The notes under the pieces are model-generated. The model had not been told where the DNA came from, searched no databases, and saw nothing but the letters and a program-made list of their open reading frames with translations. The translations under genes and the position numbers were made by a program. From the NCBI GenBank assembly GCA_963796105.1, contig CAWCKJ010000006.1:260109-324108 (forward strand): a stretch of DNA of 64,000 nucleotides, written 5' to 3'. The stretch is from a candidate division FCPU426 bacterium. Its GTDB lineage: Bacteria; Oederibacteriota; Muellerivitia; Muellerivitales; Muellerivitaceae. Below are positions 62,274 to 64,000 of this stretch, piece after piece (within the stretch, counting starts at the first letter, position 1; the number at the start of each line of letters is the position of its first letter).

Positions 62274-62535
62274 TAGGTGGATTATAACAAACGTTCCATA
62301 TTTCAAATGGAGAAGAGATATTGAACTAGGGAGACCAAACAACAACCTTCTAAAAGCCCGATTTAAATCCATCTATTATCGATATCGGGTCAATTTGAAA
62401 GAACATGTTATGATTTTGGGGATTAAAAAGAATCAACCTTTGGTTCACGCTCGGTAAAATTCCATAAGAGGGTTAGGAAGCCTAAATATGTTGCTATTTC
62501 GATATAGCGTTTAACCCGTGAAACCGAATTTTACT

Positions 62536-62714
62536 TGCCTATACGGAAAGCGCATCTTAAGTTGGATTCTACTGGTGCACTCATGACACAAGTCTCCCCC
62601 TCTGAAAAGAGGGGGAATAAGGGGAAGTTAGCCTTTTATCAACGACAAATACCCCCCCACCCCCCTTTTCAAAGGGGGGCAAAGAATTCGTGAGATGCAC
62701 TTTCCGTATAGGCA
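62536..62714. mobile_element. MITE-like element with 22-bp terminal inverted repeats
   Basis: TGCCTATACGGAAAGCGCATCT / AGATGCACTTTCCGTATAGGCA (21/22); internal poly-C/poly-G hairpins. Confidence 0.65.
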
Positions 62715-63229
62715 TGGAATTTTAATATAGACAATGAATATTCATTGATGTATTAACCGTAGTGATTTTCATCACTTTTATTTTGGTGGTTTTCAAATGG
62801 ACGAATTCATATTTGAACACGCACCTACAGGAAAAAGATCAAAAATTAAGGCAAATAACTCAGATATAGCCATGATCCTTTGTTTCCAGATAAATGGCTG
62901 GTTACCAGGTGAAATCCTTTATCTTGGTCGTGCTTCCACTGTCGAAAACCTCTCCTTTTTAAAATACAGAGACGAACTCCATTACATCCCCGGTGGTCGT
63001 TTCTAAAAAATTGCCTAAATTCGGGGAATCTTTTTTTTCAAGAAAGATACCCTTTTGAAGCGTAAAAACAGGAGAAGTAATATAATTAGATGACAAATTA
63101 AGTTGGGATCATTAGGGCCAACCTCAGTAACTGATAAATCCATAAAAAAATATAACGAGACGGGGAATAAAACCGCGCATACCACCACTATATAGCAGAG
63201 ATAAAGTCGTTTCTGTTTGGAGGCCACTC

Positions 63230-64000
63230 ATGGGAATCAAGAATTTTTGGACAGCGGGAATTTTATTAATAGTGTTTGTCTTGCCATTGGCTTGCCAACG
63301 TTACCTTCCTACCGCACCCAAACCAAAGGGAATAACCACACCCAATGGTGGTGTGGTATCGACTATTGCGGGGTCTGTTAGTGCGTTCGCTAACGGAACG
63401 GGAACTGGTGCAGCTTTCAATTGGCCCGCTGGTATAGCTGTCGATGCCTCTGATAATTTGTACATCGCAGATGCTGGCAATCAATTAATCCGGTTAATAA
63501 CAACCGGAGCCGTGGTTTCGACTATAGCTGGTCAAGTTGGGGTTACTGGTTCTATGAACGCAACTGGAACTTCAGCATCTTTCTTTGATCCAAGCGGAGT
63601 CGCCGTTGATACCTCGGGAAATATATACGTTGCGGATTACGCCAACTCACTTATTCGTAAAATCACATCGGGTGGCGTGGTTTCGACCTTGGCGGGTCAA
63701 GTTGGGGTTACAGGAGCTACTAATGCGACGGGGACTTCTGCGTCATTTAATTATCCTGAAGGAGTCGCGGTGGACACCTCTGGAAATGTATATGTCGCTG
63801 ACACTGGTAATAATCTGATCCGGGTTATCTCTCCGGGGGGTGTTGTGTCAACTTTGGCGGACAGGCTGGTGTTACAGGTGCCACTAACGCAACGGGCACT
63901 TCAGCATCTTTCAATAATCCCTATGGGGTTGCGGTTGACACTTCCGGAAATGTGTACGTCGCGGACACTGGTAATAATTTGATCCGGGTTATCACCTCAG
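63230..64000 (+). CDS. NHL-repeat (beta-propeller) lipoprotein with an apparent frameshift near 63860
   Basis: Lipobox PLAC; repeats F..P.GVAVD.SGN.YVAD..N.LIR.I, which continue in another frame after 63860. Confidence 0.8.

Overview
Bacterial chromosomal window. It has a housekeeping core (rnj, prfC, trxB, glpD, tRNA-Leu-tig-clpP-clpX, serA, pepA, ychF) and accessory regions at both ends. Left end (1-4200): AEP-primase/SF2-helicase fusion (missed by the ORF track), AAA_14/DUF4143 ATPase, sigma-like and double-HTH regulators. At 11162-18747 a ~1978-aa secreted Cys-rich/Pro-Thr repeat protein is split by a complete 1644-bp IS1380-family element with a 5-bp TAATA target duplication. The main finding is 48443-60343. 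It opens with a tRNA-Gly(GCC) 5' half and a tRNA-Leu(CAA) 3' half, both broken exactly at the anticodon loop. Next is a complete type V-B-like CRISPR-Cas locus: divergent 1286-aa Cas12b with intact RuvC and a putative zinc ribbon, Cas4-Cas1 fusion, Cas2, a predicted tracrRNA with its own promoter, and a 14-repeat array. The locus is bracketed by a repeated palindrome plus GTGGCAAA tandem module and followed by a VirD4-like coupling protein, a Replic_Relax-like protein and a RelE/HTH toxin-antitoxin pair, which suggests a Cas12b system on an integrative mobilizable element. All family calls come from motif recognition by eye; no searches were run.
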